Origin: an uncultured Acidimicrobiaceae bacterium
GTDB lineage: Bacteria; Actinomycetota; Acidimicrobiia; Spongiisociales; UBA5794
Assembly (NCBI GenBank): GCA_947258375.1
Contig: CAMYIJ010000017.1
Span: forward strand, 9,966-73,965
DNA: 64,000 nucleotides
Direction: 5' to 3'
Both the position numbers and the translations under genes were made by a program. Below are positions 20,003-30,423 of this stretch, one piece after another. How positions within the stretch are numbered: position 1 is the stretch's first letter; each line of letters begins with the position of its first letter. Under the pieces are notes generated by a model. That model ran no database searches, was not told the origin of the DNA, and worked only from the letters and a program-made list of their open reading frames with translations.

Positions 20003-20911
20003 ATGGCAGCGATCGACTCCGGCGCTCCTCCGCCGGCAGAACTCCCCGGGGACACTGAGCTTGTCCGGCGCCTACTCGAACAGCAACATCCAGAGCTGGC
20101 GTCGTTGCCGGTGGTACTTGCGACAGAAGGCTGGGACAACGTCACATTCCGGCTGGGCAACGAGCTGGCCGTCCGACTCCCCCGCCGTGCTGTCGCGGCC
20201 AGCCTCGTGGTCAACGAGCAGCGCTGGCTGCCGGTCCTCGCGCCCAAGCTCTCGTTGCGGGTACCCACGCCGACCCACATCGGCGTCCCGTCCGACGGCT
20301 TCCCCTGGCACTGGAGCGTGGTGCCGTGGATCCCGGGAACGTCGGCCCTCGATACGCCGCTTCTCGGTGGCGAGGCGGCGCGCCTCGGCCGGTTCCTCGA
20401 CGAGCTCCATTCGATCGAAGTCCCCGCCGATGCACCCGGCAACCCCTATCGCGGTGGATCGCTGGAGCCGCGCTACGCCGGAACCATCGAACGCCTCGAA
20501 CGGCTGCGGCCCACTCTGAGTGAGGCCTGGGACGTCGACCAACTCGCCGCCTGCCTGACCTCTGCGAAACACATCCCCATTGACAGCCAAGGCGTGTGGC
20601 TGCACGGCGACCTTCACGCCAAGAACACCGTGTCGGCACGGGGCCGGATCGCCGCAATTATCGACTGGGGTGACATCTGTGCCGGCGATCGGGCAACGGA
20701 CCTTGCCGCGGTCTGGAATCTGTTCGAACCCGCGGTCCACGCTCCGTTCTGGGAAGCCTATGGCGAGGTGTCGCAGCCCACGCGGCAACGCGCGGCCGCC
20801 TGGGCCGTCACGTTCGGGCTGATGCTCTGGGACAGCCATCACGCCGCCGATCCGGCGTTCGCTCAGCTGGGGTTGACCACACTGCGACGTGTCATCGCCA
20901 CGGACCTGTAG
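20003..20911 (+). CDS. Phosphotransferase enzyme family protein (APH-like kinase)
   Basis: GWDNVTFRLG..., and WLHGDLHAKNTV...IIDWGDICAGDRATDLA, the Brenner motif HGDLxxxN plus the DWG/D metal-binding motif. Confidence 0.8.
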   Translation: MAAIDSGAPPPAELPGDTELVRRLLEQQHPELASLPVVLATEGWDNVTFRLGNELAVRLPRRAVAASLVVNEQRWLPVLAPKLSLRVPTPTHIGVPSDGFPWHWSVVPWIPGTSALDTPLLGGEAARLGRFLDELHSIEVPADAPGNPYRGGSLEPRYAGTIERLERLRPTLSEAWDVDQLAACLTSAKHIPIDSQGVWLHGDLHAKNTVSARGRIAAIIDWGDICAGDRATDLAAVWNLFEPAVHAPFWEAYGEVSQPTRQRAAAWAVTFGLMLWDSHHAADPAFAQLGLTTLRRVIATDL

Positions 20912-21006
20912 CCGGCGCGCAGAAAGAGACTTTGTTCCCTAGGAATCTCGTCCCGAGCGCGCTAGAGCATGTTCCTAGGGCTGTCGGAACAGGAAGGGGA
21001 ATCAGG

Positions 21007-22290
21007 ATGTCCAGATCGCTGATCAGACCATCGCTCATTGCACTCGGAGCCATACTCATTGTGGGGGTGGCGGTCGGCGTCGGGGCCGCCGTGTCTTCCG
21101 AGCTCACCCCGAACGAGCAGCTCGGCAAGTCGATCTTCTTCGATGACAACCTCTCCATCAACCAGAACCAGTCGTGTGCCGCCTGCCACGCCCCGGAGGT
21201 GGGCTGGACCGGACCGCTGGCGGATGTCAACGAACATGGCGCCGTCTATGAGGGGTCTATCCCGGCGAGATTCGGCGACCGCAAGCCACCGAGCTCGGCA
21301 TACGCAACAGTGAGCCCGATCTTCCATATGGACAAGGGACTCTTCGTTGGGGGCAACTTCTGGGATGGACGGGCGACCGGTGAGAAGCTCGGCAACCCGG
21401 CCGCCGACCAAGCTCAGGGACCGTTCCTCAATCCCAAGGAGCAGGCACTTCCCGACTCGGCGTGCGTCGTGTGGCGGGTCTGCAATCCGGTGTTGCCGGA
21501 CGACTATCCGGTCTCGTTCGTGGACGTATGGGGCGCCGATGCTTGCGCCATCGAGTGGCCTGCTGACACCGCCGAGGTCTGTGGCGCGGAAGGCACCACG
21601 GTCGACCTTTCTCCGGGCGATCGGACCAAGACAGACATGGCCTACGGCAACATCGCACTGTCGATTGCCGCCTTTGAGGGATCGGCGGAGTCCAATGCTT
21701 TCTCATCGAAGCTCGACGCCACATTCTCGGGTGACGCCAAGCTGAGCAAGCTCGAGCAGCGGGGCTACGCGCTGTTCCGCGGCAAGGGACAGTGCGCCCG
21801 GTGCCATACGGCCAACGGCCAGGAGGCGCTGTTCACCGACTTCACGTTCGACAACCTCGGGGTACCCAAGAACCCCGAGAACCCGTTCTACGCGACCGAC
21901 CGCGACTTCGTCGACCCGGGTTTGGGTGGGTTCCTGAAGAACAGCGGCTCCGAGGAAGACGTTTACGAGGCAGAGTGGGGGAAGATGAAGGTTCCCACGC
22001 TGCGCAACGTCGACCTGCGGCCATCCGCCGATTTCGTGAAGGCCTACAGCCACAACGGCTACTTCAAGTCGCTGGAAGGCATCGTTCACTTCTACAACAC
22101 CCGCGACGTGAAACCCACGTGTGTCGGGGACTTCACCGAGGCCCAGGCTCTGGCTGCCGATTGCTGGCCGCCTCCGGAGGTCCCGGAGAATGTCAACGCG
22201 GACGAACTCGGCGATCTCGGCCTGACACCGGAAGAGGAAGCGGCGATCGTCGCCTTTCTCGAGACGCTATCGGACGGCTACGCGCCCTAG
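21007..22290 (+). CDS. Di-haem cytochrome c peroxidase (CCP/MauG family), exported
   Basis: Two CxxCH haem motifs (CAACH, CARCH). N-terminal TM/signal MSRSLIRPSLIALGAILIVGVAV. ATG 21007 is preceded by GGAAGGGGA. Confidence 0.85.
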   Translation: MSRSLIRPSLIALGAILIVGVAVGVGAAVSSELTPNEQLGKSIFFDDNLSINQNQSCAACHAPEVGWTGPLADVNEHGAVYEGSIPARFGDRKPPSSAYATVSPIFHMDKGLFVGGNFWDGRATGEKLGNPAADQAQGPFLNPKEQALPDSACVVWRVCNPVLPDDYPVSFVDVWGADACAIEWPADTAEVCGAEGTTVDLSPGDRTKTDMAYGNIALSIAAFEGSAESNAFSSKLDATFSGDAKLSKLEQRGYALFRGKGQCARCHTANGQEALFTDFTFDNLGVPKNPENPFYATDRDFVDPGLGGFLKNSGSEEDVYEAEWGKMKVPTLRNVDLRPSADFVKAYSHNGYFKSLEGIVHFYNTRDVKPTCVGDFTEAQALAADCWPPPEVPENVNADELGDLGLTPEEEAAIVAFLETLSDGYAP

Positions 22291-22309
22291 AGAACAGCTC
22301 CCAGCGACG

Positions 22310-22340
22310 AGGTGGGGTGTGGCGTGCCCGCACCCCACCT
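22310..22340. terminator. 10-bp-stem hairpin between convergent genes
   Basis: AGGTGGGGTG (22310-22319) pairs with CACCCCACCT (22331-22340). It lies between the peroxidase stop (22290) and the acyltransferase stop (22391). No strong T-tract. Confidence 0.4.
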
Positions 22341-22390
22341 GTCGTTGTCCGACGTCGAACGAGGAGAGCTCCGACGCCGGGCGTCTGGCT

Positions 22391-23644
22391 TCAGCCGCGC
22401 TTCCTATGGGACGGGAGGGCGCCGAGCATCGCGGCGCCCGATATCGCCGCGGCCGGGATGGTCCATTGCACAACCGCATCTGGCGTCGCGATCCCCAGAC
22501 CGGCCACCGCTGCCGCCGAGCCGGCGATGAGCAGCATTCCAATTGTCACTACCCGCCGCGTTTGCGGAGCCGGAGCGTCGCTGATCCGCCACTCATATCG
22601 GGCGAAGATGACGACAAGCACCAGGGTCATTGCGGAAAGGATCACGAGCCAGACTGGACGGGTCAGCCACCAGGTTCCGGTGCCGGGTTCGATCTTGAAG
22701 AAGGCTCCGTCGAATGCATAGAGCCCGCCTGCCGCGACGAGCGACATCGCCGAGAGGTGCCACAGGTAAATCGTCATGACGATGCCTGATATCGCCACAA
22801 CACCGTGCCAGGACCGAAGTTTGGCAGTGAAGCGCCGCACCCCCGGCTGAGTGCCCAAGATGATCCCGAACTGCACGATCCCGAGCAGCGCCATGGCAAA
22901 TGTCGGCGGGGTCATGTTGGTTTCACCGGCGCCGGGCACCCCGACCATCGCCACGGGGTACCAGCCGATCCACGTCACGGCGACGAGCGCGCCCAGGGCT
23001 GCTCCGGAGATGGCCCATCCGGTGCGCGGCGCGACTCCCCCGCCGTCGTCGCGCGCCGACCACCAGTAGCCAATCTGGTGAACGGTCGCCCAGACGAAGA
23101 AGAAGTTCACCCAGCCGATCCCGGGCACATCGAAGGCGAAGCGGGCGACGTCGATCGCGACAGTGACTGCCGCCAGGATGACGATCGTCACCGGTCCGCG
23201 GCGGTGCCACCAGGCATGGGTCAGGGGGGCCGCGGCCGTCAACGCCAGATACACGGCGAGGAACCAAAGGGGAACGGTTGCCGACATCGCTCCGGCATAG
23301 ACGACCTCGGGGGCCACGAATGGCCGCATCACGAGAATCAGCACCACCCAGATCACCAGCAATGGGATTACGGGCGTGAACAGCCGGCGCGCTCGTGCGG
23401 TGATCCACTCGCGGCGCATCTCCTCACCGGCACCGACCTTGCGCAATCCTCGCGCATTGGCGTAGCCGCCCGCGAGGAAGAAGATCGGCATGACTTGCAC
23501 GAGCCATGTCACCCAGGCCGCATAGGGAATCCACTCCAGCGAGTTCAGCAATGCGATCTCGTCGTTGGGCTGGAGCCAGATCGATGCGGCCAGCCAGTGC
23601 CCGAAGACCACAACGAGGATGGCGACGACCCGCCAGAAGTCCAC
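22391..23644 (-). CDS. Acyltransferase family 3 membrane protein (OafA/YrhL-like)
   Basis: The N-terminus DFWRVVAILVVVFGHW is the Acyl_transf_3 His motif, followed by about 10 hydrophobic helices. GTG start at 23644, with an in-frame TAA upstream. Confidence 0.8.
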   Translation of the reverse strand: MDFWRVVAILVVVFGHWLAASIWLQPNDEIALLNSLEWIPYAAWVTWLVQVMPIFFLAGGYANARGLRKVGAGEEMRREWITARARRLFTPVIPLLVIWVVLILVMRPFVAPEVVYAGAMSATVPLWFLAVYLALTAAAPLTHAWWHRRGPVTIVILAAVTVAIDVARFAFDVPGIGWVNFFFVWATVHQIGYWWSARDDGGGVAPRTGWAISGAALGALVAVTWIGWYPVAMVGVPGAGETNMTPPTFAMALLGIVQFGIILGTQPGVRRFTAKLRSWHGVVAISGIVMTIYLWHLSAMSLVAAGGLYAFDGAFFKIEPGTGTWWLTRPVWLVILSAMTLVLVVIFARYEWRISDAPAPQTRRVVTIGMLLIAGSAAAVAGLGIATPDAVVQWTIPAAAISGAAMLGALPSHRKRG

Positions 23645-23839
23645 AATCCGGTTGCGGCTCTCCGGAGTCCCCTCGGCGAGTTTCCTGGTGTATTCGATGT
23701 ACTTCTTGACGCAGGGCTCCTCGGCCGGTTCATCCCATTATCGGCATTCCAGCACCAGATTGGAGCTCGGGGCTGTCGGGAGCATTCGAGCGAGGGCCGG
23801 GGTGGCGTCGGTATGGTTGCTGCAAGAGGAGGGAGAATC

Positions 23840-26800
23840 GTGTTCACTCGCGGCCCGGGGGGCGGCTCGAGTCGACGTACTGTCCGACGCTTGGCGTCAT
23901 GGTTCACGCCCGGACGACGCTTCAAGCTGGCCGTGTTCGTGCCCATCGCGATCGCGATCTTCTCCCAATTCGATTCCGTCCAAGGCTCCACATGCGTGCT
24001 CGCCAAGTTGCCTTTGGGAGTTGGCGAGTGCGAGGTCATCGCCGATCTGCTGGCGCCGCTGTGGGCGCTCGCCATCATCCCCGTTGCCAACCGGCTGCGG
24101 CGGTCGGCGGCCCTCTTCGGGACTCCGGCCGAGCACTCCGACAGTTGGCTGGCGAGCCGGTTTACGACCCGGCAATGGGCCGACGGCAGCGCCCGCCTCG
24201 CCAAGTGGGGCGCGGTGCTGATCATCCTGCTCGCTTACACGCGTGAGTGGGAGAGGTTCGGTGAGCAGCCATCGATCGAATGGTTTGTGCTCGTGATCCT
24301 AGGGACGTTCGCTCTGCTCACCGTGCCCGTGTGGTGGATCCGCGACGAGCTCCACCAGCGCGGCGTTCGCTACCTGAGCAGCGGTCAGTTCCCGGCGCGG
24401 GCCAATCGGTTCCTCATGGACGATTCGGGTGGCCGGCCCCCGCGGGCCCCCCACGTTGTGTCGTTTGCGTCCGTCACGATGGTCGTGACATTCACCGTTC
24501 TCGGGCAGATCGATGCCCTGCTACGCGGCATGCATCTCCCGGACAAGCCATCGGTCGGCATCGGCGGGCTTGCCGCCGTGCAGGAGTTCGACCTCTCCCG
24601 GAAGCCGGAAGCGATAATTGAACACGTCAAGGCCTGGCGCCTGTACACGGACGCGGTGGGAGAAAAGTTCGGCTCGGCCTACGACCTCGTCACCGCCCAC
24701 GCCTTCCTCGACACGATCATGACCATTCCCGCATACCTCATCCTCGGGATGGCACTTGTTGCATACGCCTGGCGAAAACGCCTCACGTTCGAGGCGGATT
24801 CGAGCATGCGGCGCGCCTTCGAGTTGGTCAGCCTGACCGCAGTAGTTGTGCTATTCGTCACGGCGGCATTCGACATTGGCAAGAACGTATTCACCTGGTA
24901 CGTCATGGACACGGCTTGGCATGAACGCACGTTGCGAGATGCCAATGTTCGGTTGCTCTGGCTGTTCGCAATCGGTCGGACCATCGGTTTGTGGACCCTC
25001 GCCGCCTCATCTCTGGTGTTGCTGGCCCTGTGGGATACCGCAACCCGCCGGCTCCGCCGGGCCCTGCTGGCAGTCCGGTCGGAAATCCTGCTGCTGGTCT
25101 TGCTCGGCTTCGTCGTGCTCACGTCGCCACAGACTGCCGACGTCATCAGGGATTGGCGGGTGAGTCACACCGTGATAACCGTCGGACTCGCGATCGTGCT
25201 ATCGATGCTGGTGCGCTGGACTGCAGTCACGAATCTTCGCCTCCAGCATCAGAACTGGGAGCGTGCCGAGCAGGGCGATCTGCTGGAACCACCCAGAATC
25301 CGACTCCTGTACACCAGCGCGACGCCCACGATCGGGCGGTTTGTGGCGGCTTTCGTTATCGGCCTGGCAGCGCTGCAGTTGGTGCTTTCCGCCGGATTCG
25401 GCCTCGAGGTCGGCCGCGGATTGGTCGTGCCGGCGCTCATCGTCTTTGTGCTGTGGGTATTCGGACTCGCCCTACCCAACGCGCCCTACGTGCGAGGGAA
25501 GCGCCCGGTAGCCCTGCAGATACGTCGTCGACTCCCGCGCATATTGGGCGCCGCCGTATACCTCATCATCGGCGTCGCGGTGGTCAAGGCAGCGGCCTCT
25601 TCGGTCGCTTTCAACTCGGACCCCGACTTTTGGATCTTCTTCTCGGCGGTCCCGCCGGCGATAGGGCTGTGGCGCATCGCCACGCGTACCACGGCGACAA
25701 TGGGAGCACTCGAAGCCGGGTTCGCCGCGATTGTGCTGGTACTTGCCGTCATCTTGTACGTGGATGACGACCGGGCGCTGTCTGCGGCGTCGCTGCTATT
25801 TGCGGGGATCACTTTCTCATACGGCTCGTTGGCATTCTTCAACTCATACGAGCGCACGTCGCTGGTCAATCGGATGTCGCGGCGTTTCCTGAGTCCGGCG
25901 TGGGCCCAGCCGTTTGTGATCACCGCCGGCTTGACGATGGTGCTCGTGGTTGCCGGCTTCTATCTGGATCCGATTTCGGTCGCGCCGACAATCGGCACGA
26001 TCGGGATCGTCCTCATGGCCATGATGGTGTTCACGCTGCTCGGTGCCGGCGCGGTGCGGTTTGCAGAGCTCACCAGGCCACCGCGTATCCTCGCCGCCTT
26101 CGGAATCAGGCGTACGCCGGTCGTTGCGCTGACCGCGCTGTGGTTCCTCGTGGCGCCCGTAATCGTCGACCAGAGTGTCAATAACGTGCGGGTAACTCAG
26201 ACGGGCGGGGTCGAGGCGGCCGACCTTGGATTCGAGGACGTGTGGACGCGATGGGAGGAGGCCAATCTCGGATCCGGCGCGAACGCCGAGCCGACCCCCT
26301 CCGGGCGACCGGTCGTCCCGATGCTGCTCGTGTCCAGCTCGGGCGGTGGCCTGCGAGCGGCGGCGTGGACATCACTGGTTCTCGACTGTGTGTTCGAAAC
26401 CAGGGCCGACGGGGATCGACCGTGCTCAACCGAGCGGGAGGGGCCCCCTCCAACTCACCGCGTGGTGCTGATGAGTGGGGTGTCCGGCGGTTCTCTCGGA
26501 ATGGCCGAGTACCTGGCCCACGTACTCGACGACGTCGAAGGCGCGGAGGGAGCGAACACGTGGGTCGATGAGGTCCTTGGAGACGACTATCTGGCGGCGG
26601 CAATCGGTTGGCTCTTCTTCGTCGACGTTCCCCGCTCACTCATCGGCTTCGGCACCGGGATCAGCAACCGCGCCGAGGTAATGGAGCGCTCCTGGGAAGC
26701 CTCGTGGCCGGATGACGTGAGGGGGTTGCGGCGCGGTGTGACCGAACTGTGGGACACCAGCGCCCCACCTGTCGTATTCAACGGCACCAGCGTCAACGAC

Positions 26801-27586
26801 GGATGCCGGGTGAACGTGTCGGCGCTCAACGTAGACGGCGGGTCTCCGGAGGTACCGAGCTGCTCGGGCGGCAACGACGGCACCGGTACCGACGGTGCTC
26901 TCGGCGCCACCCATGATCTGGCCGACTTCCTGTGCCCCGGAGACGATGTGGCGCTGTCAACTGCCGCGGGGATGTCGGCGCGATTCCCGATCGTGTCCGT
27001 TGCCGGACGCATCACGAAAGACCCTGATCGCAGCTGCGAGGGAACCCGATCGGGCACGGTATTCGTTGTCGACGGCGGCTACCTCGAAGGCTCGGGCGCC
27101 GGCACCCTGCTCGACGCATGGGAGGCAATCGCCGGGTTGGTCGACCAACACAACGCCGGAGGCCGCGGAGCTTGCGTCGTGCCCTTCATGCTTCACATCG
27201 ACAACGGCTACGAAAGCCCCTCGGTGTCGGCCAACGAGGCCGTGCCGCGAGAGTTCGTCGTGCCACTGCTCGCGACCATGAATTCGTCGTCGGGCATAAC
27301 GGCGGCGCGGGCCGAGGCTGCACTGGTGTTCGAGCATCCCTTCACCATCGCCGGCAGCAACGTCGGGATCGAGGTGCAGACGGACCAGGGTCCCGTTCCC
27401 GTCACCAGCCGGTATGCCCGCCTCGTTACGCGAGCCCATCCCGGCGTCCAGGCGCCGCTCGGTTGGACGCTGTCACAGAATTCGCTGGACGATCTCCGCA
27501 ATCAGTTGACGATCGAAGGGAATGAGAAGGCCCTCGACGAGATCCGCGACTGGCTCGACGGTGAGATGGTCTGCCTCTCCGGCTGA
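23840..27586 (+). CDS. Large polytopic membrane protein with C-terminal patatin-like phospholipase domain (~1248 aa)
   Basis: GTG 23840 lies 6 nt after AGGAGGG (ATG 23813 is an alternative). More than 15 hydrophobic helices span the first ~790 aa. The patatin blocks then follow: GGGLR (26342-26356), GVSGG with Ser at 26483-26485, and DGG at 27071-27079. The upstream 345 codons of the 1593-codon track ORF are antisense to the acyltransferase gene and were discarded. Confidence 0.75.
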   Translation: MFTRGPGGGSSRRTVRRLASWFTPGRRFKLAVFVPIAIAIFSQFDSVQGSTCVLAKLPLGVGECEVIADLLAPLWALAIIPVANRLRRSAALFGTPAEHSDSWLASRFTTRQWADGSARLAKWGAVLIILLAYTREWERFGEQPSIEWFVLVILGTFALLTVPVWWIRDELHQRGVRYLSSGQFPARANRFLMDDSGGRPPRAPHVVSFASVTMVVTFTVLGQIDALLRGMHLPDKPSVGIGGLAAVQEFDLSRKPEAIIEHVKAWRLYTDAVGEKFGSAYDLVTAHAFLDTIMTIPAYLILGMALVAYAWRKRLTFEADSSMRRAFELVSLTAVVVLFVTAAFDIGKNVFTWYVMDTAWHERTLRDANVRLLWLFAIGRTIGLWTLAASSLVLLALWDTATRRLRRALLAVRSEILLLVLLGFVVLTSPQTADVIRDWRVSHTVITVGLAIVLSMLVRWTAVTNLRLQHQNWERAEQGDLLEPPRIRLLYTSATPTIGRFVAAFVIGLAALQLVLSAGFGLEVGRGLVVPALIVFVLWVFGLALPNAPYVRGKRPVALQIRRRLPRILGAAVYLIIGVAVVKAAASSVAFNSDPDFWIFFSAVPPAIGLWRIATRTTATMGALEAGFAAIVLVLAVILYVDDDRALSAASLLFAGITFSYGSLAFFNSYERTSLVNRMSRRFLSPAWAQPFVITAGLTMVLVVAGFYLDPISVAPTIGTIGIVLMAMMVFTLLGAGAVRFAELTRPPRILAAFGIRRTPVVALTALWFLVAPVIVDQSVNNVRVTQTGGVEAADLGFEDVWTRWEEANLGSGANAEPTPSGRPVVPMLLVSSSGGGLRAAAWTSLVLDCVFETRADGDRPCSTEREGPPPTHRVVLMSGVSGGSLGMAEYLAHVLDDVEGAEGANTWVDEVLGDDYLAAAIGWLFFVDVPRSLIGFGTGISNRAEVMERSWEASWPDDVRGLRRGVTELWDTSAPPVVFNGTSVNDGCRVNVSALNVDGGSPEVPSCSGGNDGTGTDGALGATHDLADFLCPGDDVALSTAAGMSARFPIVSVAGRITKDPDRSCEGTRSGTVFVVDGGYLEGSGAGTLLDAWEAIAGLVDQHNAGGRGACVVPFMLHIDNGYESPSVSANEAVPREFVVPLLATMNSSSGITAARAEAALVFEHPFTIAGSNVGIEVQTDQGPVPVTSRYARLVTRAHPGVQAPLGWTLSQNSLDDLRNQLTIEGNEKALDEIRDWLDGEMVCLSG

Positions 27587-27596
27587 GCGAGTCCTC

Positions 27597-30419
27597 CTAA
27601 TTCAGCATCTCCCGCAAGAACTTGCCGGTGTAGGACTCGGGCACGGCAGCGACGTCTTCCGGCGTGCCGGCCGCGACGACCATCCCCCCTTCGTCTCCGC
27701 CCTCCGGGCCGAGGTCGATGATCCAATCGGCGGACTTGATCACATCGAGGTTGTGCTCGATGACTATGACGCTGTTGCCGCCGTCGACCAGGCGCTGGAG
27801 CACACCGAGTAACTTGCGCACGTCTTCGAAATGGAGCCCCGTCGTCGGCTCGTCAAGGATGTATAGGGTGCTCCCGGTGGAGCGTTTCCCCAGCTCAGAG
27901 GAGAGCTTTACGCGTTGTGCCTCTCCTCCCGACAACGTCGGAGCCGGCTGCCCCAGCTTCACATAACCGAGGCCGACGTCATAGATGGTTTGGAGCACGC
28001 GGGCGATTCGCGGCTGGTTCTCGAAGAACACCAACGCTTCCTCAACCGACATGTCCAGCACGTCGGCAATGGACCGACCCTTGAAGCGCACTGCCAGCGT
28101 ATCGCGGTTGTAGCGCAGGCCCTTGCAGGTCTCGCACGGCACGTACACGTCGGGCAGGAAGTGCATCTCGATGCGGATCGTGCCGTCGCCCTTGCACGTT
28201 TCGCAGCGGCCCCCGGACACGTTGAACGAGAACCGGCCGGGTTTGTACCCGCGCATCCTGGCGTCCTGGGTCGATGCGAACAGCTCCCGAATCCGGTCGA
28301 AGACCTTCGTGTAGGTGGCCGGGTTCGAGCGGGGAGTTCGCCCGATCGGTGATTGGTCGATGTTGATGATCTTGTCGACGTTCTGCAGCCCGGTGAGGCG
28401 GCGGTGCCGGCCGGGCATGCCACGCGAACCATGCAGCTCGGCATGGAGGGCTTTCGAGAGGATCTGTTGCACGAGAGACGATTTGCCGCTGCCGGAGACA
28501 CCGGTGACGGCCGTGAACGTGCCGAGAGGGAACTCGACATCGATGTTCTTGAGGTTGTTCTCGGCGGCACCAACGACTTTGATTGCCTTGCCGCTTCCCG
28601 AGCGGCGATCCTCGGGAAGCGCGATCGTGCGCCGACCCGCCAGGTAGTCGCCCGTGATCGATTCCGACGTGGCCAGCATCTCCGGCAGAGTCCCGGAGAC
28701 GACGATCTCCCCGCCGTGTTCCCCCGCACCCGGGCCGATGTCGACCACGTAGTCGGCCACCCGGATCGTCTCCTCGTCATGCTCCACCACGATCAGCGTG
28801 TTGCCGAGGTCGCGCAGCCGAAGCAGTGTCTCGACGAGGCGTCGGTTGTCGCGCTGATGAAGGCCGATCGAAGGCTCATCGAGGATGTAGAGCACTCCGA
28901 CGAGGCCCGAGCCAATCTGGGTCGCCAGCCGGATCCGCTGCGCCTCGCCCCCCGCCAGAGTCGCCGCCGGCCGCATCAACTGGAGGTAGTCGAGCCCGAC
29001 GTCGATCAGGAACGCCAGCCGCTCCCGGATCTCCTTCACTATCGGCGCCGCGATCGTTTGCTCGCGATCCGTCAGAACCAGCGAGTCGAAGAAATCGACC
29101 GCTTTCCGCAGCGGCAGGGCCGACACGTCCCCGATCGAATCGCCGGCGACCGTGACGGCCAGCGAGACCGGGTTCAGCCGCCCTCCGCGGCAGCTGTCGC
29201 AGGGGACTTCACGCATGTACTGCTGGTAGGCATCGCGCGCCCCGTCACTGTCGGCGTCCTTGTAGCGGCGCTCGAGCCAGGGAATCGGGCCCTCGTAGGC
29301 CGCCTGGTAGCGCCGTTTGCGGCCGAACCGGTTTGTGTACTCCACGTTGAACGGACGATCACCCGTGCCGGTCAGCAACAACTGGCGCTGGGCTTCAGTG
29401 AGACGGTTCCACGGCACATCGGTCGGGATGCCCTCTTCTTCGGCGACAGATGCGATCAGTCGCTGGTAGTAGGTCATACGGTGGCGGCCGGCCCACGGCG
29501 CGATCGCCCCTTCCTCCAACGTCTTGTCGGGCTGCGGTACGACCAGCGAGCCATCGACCTGAAAGCGGGTACCGAGACCGTTACACGCCGGGCACGCCCC
29601 GTACGGGCTGTTGAAAGAGAAGTTTCGCGGCTGCAGTTCGTCGAACGAGTGGCCGCACTCGGCACAGGCGAAGTGCTGCGAGAACGTGAGGGCCGGTCCG
29701 TCGACGATGTCCACCACCGCAGTCCCGTCGGCCAGCCCGAGCGCCGTTTCGAGCGACTCGGTCAGCCGCTGCTCGATGCCGTCCTTGCGGACCAACCGAT
29801 CCACGACCACCTCTATGTTGTGCTGGTAGTAGCGGTCGAGCTTGATGTCTTCTGTGAGATCGCGGACCTCACCATCGATTCGGGCGCGGGCGAAGCCGTC
29901 CCGCGCCAGCTCCTTGAGCATCCCGTCGTACTCGCCCTTGCGGCCGCGCACGACCGGCGCCAGCACCTGAAACCGGGTGCCCTCCTCCAGGTCGAGAATC
30001 TGGTCGACGATCTGCTGCGGGGTCTGGCGCGACACCGGGGAGCCGTCATTGGGGCAATGAGGCACCCCGATACGTGCGAACAGGAGGCGCAGGTAGTCAT
30101 GTATCTCGGTGACCGTCCCGACCGTCGATCGCGGGTTGCGGCTCGCGGTCTTCTGATCGATCGATATCGCCGGCGACAAGCCTTCGATGAAATCGACGTC
30201 GGGCTTGTCCATCTGGCCGAGGAACTGACGAGCGTAGGCCGACAGACTCTCCACATAGCGCCGTTGGCCCTCCGCATAGATGGTGTCGAACGCAAGAGAC
30301 GACTTACCCGAGCCCGACAAGCCGGTGAAGACGATGAGCTTGTCGCGCGGTAGCTCCAGGTCCACGTTCTTGAGATTGTGAGCACGCGCCCCGCGCACAA
30401 CCAGCTTTTCGATCGTCAC
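27597..30419 (-). CDS. uvrA: Excinuclease ABC subunit A
   Basis: [53 protein letters not shown] and a second ABC module ([10 protein letters not shown]...[11 protein letters not shown]). GTG 30419 is preferred because GGAGGG lies 4 nt upstream and it aligns with the usual UvrA N-terminus. The track start is 30437. Confidence 0.95.
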   Translation of the reverse strand: MTIEKLVVRGARAHNLKNVDLELPRDKLIVFTGLSGSGKSSLAFDTIYAEGQRRYVESLSAYARQFLGQMDKPDVDFIEGLSPAISIDQKTASRNPRSTVGTVTEIHDYLRLLFARIGVPHCPNDGSPVSRQTPQQIVDQILDLEEGTRFQVLAPVVRGRKGEYDGMLKELARDGFARARIDGEVRDLTEDIKLDRYYQHNIEVVVDRLVRKDGIEQRLTESLETALGLADGTAVVDIVDGPALTFSQHFACAECGHSFDELQPRNFSFNSPYGACPACNGLGTRFQVDGSLVVPQPDKTLEEGAIAPWAGRHRMTYYQRLIASVAEEEGIPTDVPWNRLTEAQRQLLLTGTGDRPFNVEYTNRFGRKRRYQAAYEGPIPWLERRYKDADSDGARDAYQQYMREVPCDSCRGGRLNPVSLAVTVAGDSIGDVSALPLRKAVDFFDSLVLTDREQTIAAPIVKEIRERLAFLIDVGLDYLQLMRPAATLAGGEAQRIRLATQIGSGLVGVLYILDEPSIGLHQRDNRRLVETLLRLRDLGNTLIVVEHDEETIRVADYVVDIGPGAGEHGGEIVVSGTLPEMLATSESITGDYLAGRRTIALPEDRRSGSGKAIKVVGAAENNLKNIDVEFPLGTFTAVTGVSGSGKSSLVQQILSKALHAELHGSRGMPGRHRRLTGLQNVDKIINIDQSPIGRTPRSNPATYTKVFDRIRELFASTQDARMRGYKPGRFSFNVSGGRCETCKGDGTIRIEMHFLPDVYVPCETCKGLRYNRDTLAVRFKGRSIADVLDMSVEEALVFFENQPRIARVLQTIYDVGLGYVKLGQPAPTLSGGEAQRVKLSSELGKRSTGSTLYILDEPTTGLHFEDVRKLLGVLQRLVDGGNSVIVIEHNLDVIKSADWIIDLGPEGGDEGGMVVAAGTPEDVAAVPESYTGKFLREMLN

Positions 30420-30423
30420 TCTG

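Noticed and set aside
22805-23839. The first ~345 codons of the 1593-aa ORF (22805-27586), which would make an even larger protein.
   Set aside because: This part is exactly antisense to the well-supported acyltransferase-3 gene (22391-23644) and translates to Arg/Pro/Gly/His-rich low-complexity sequence typical of non-coding frames in high-GC DNA. A good SD plus GTG at 23840 lies just past the divergent gene.
28353-30353. A 666-aa ORF on the plus strand. Similar long antisense ORFs occur at 12019-13023, 15499-16599, 34953-35780, 46451-47554, 48430-49062 and 59789-61129.
   Set aside because: Each lies entirely antisense to a gene with unmistakable conserved motifs (uvrA, gap/pgk, uvrC, uvrB/coaE, rpsA, polA, trpE). 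Their products are Arg/Asp/His/Gly-rich with no motifs. These are stop-poor shadow frames, as expected at high GC.
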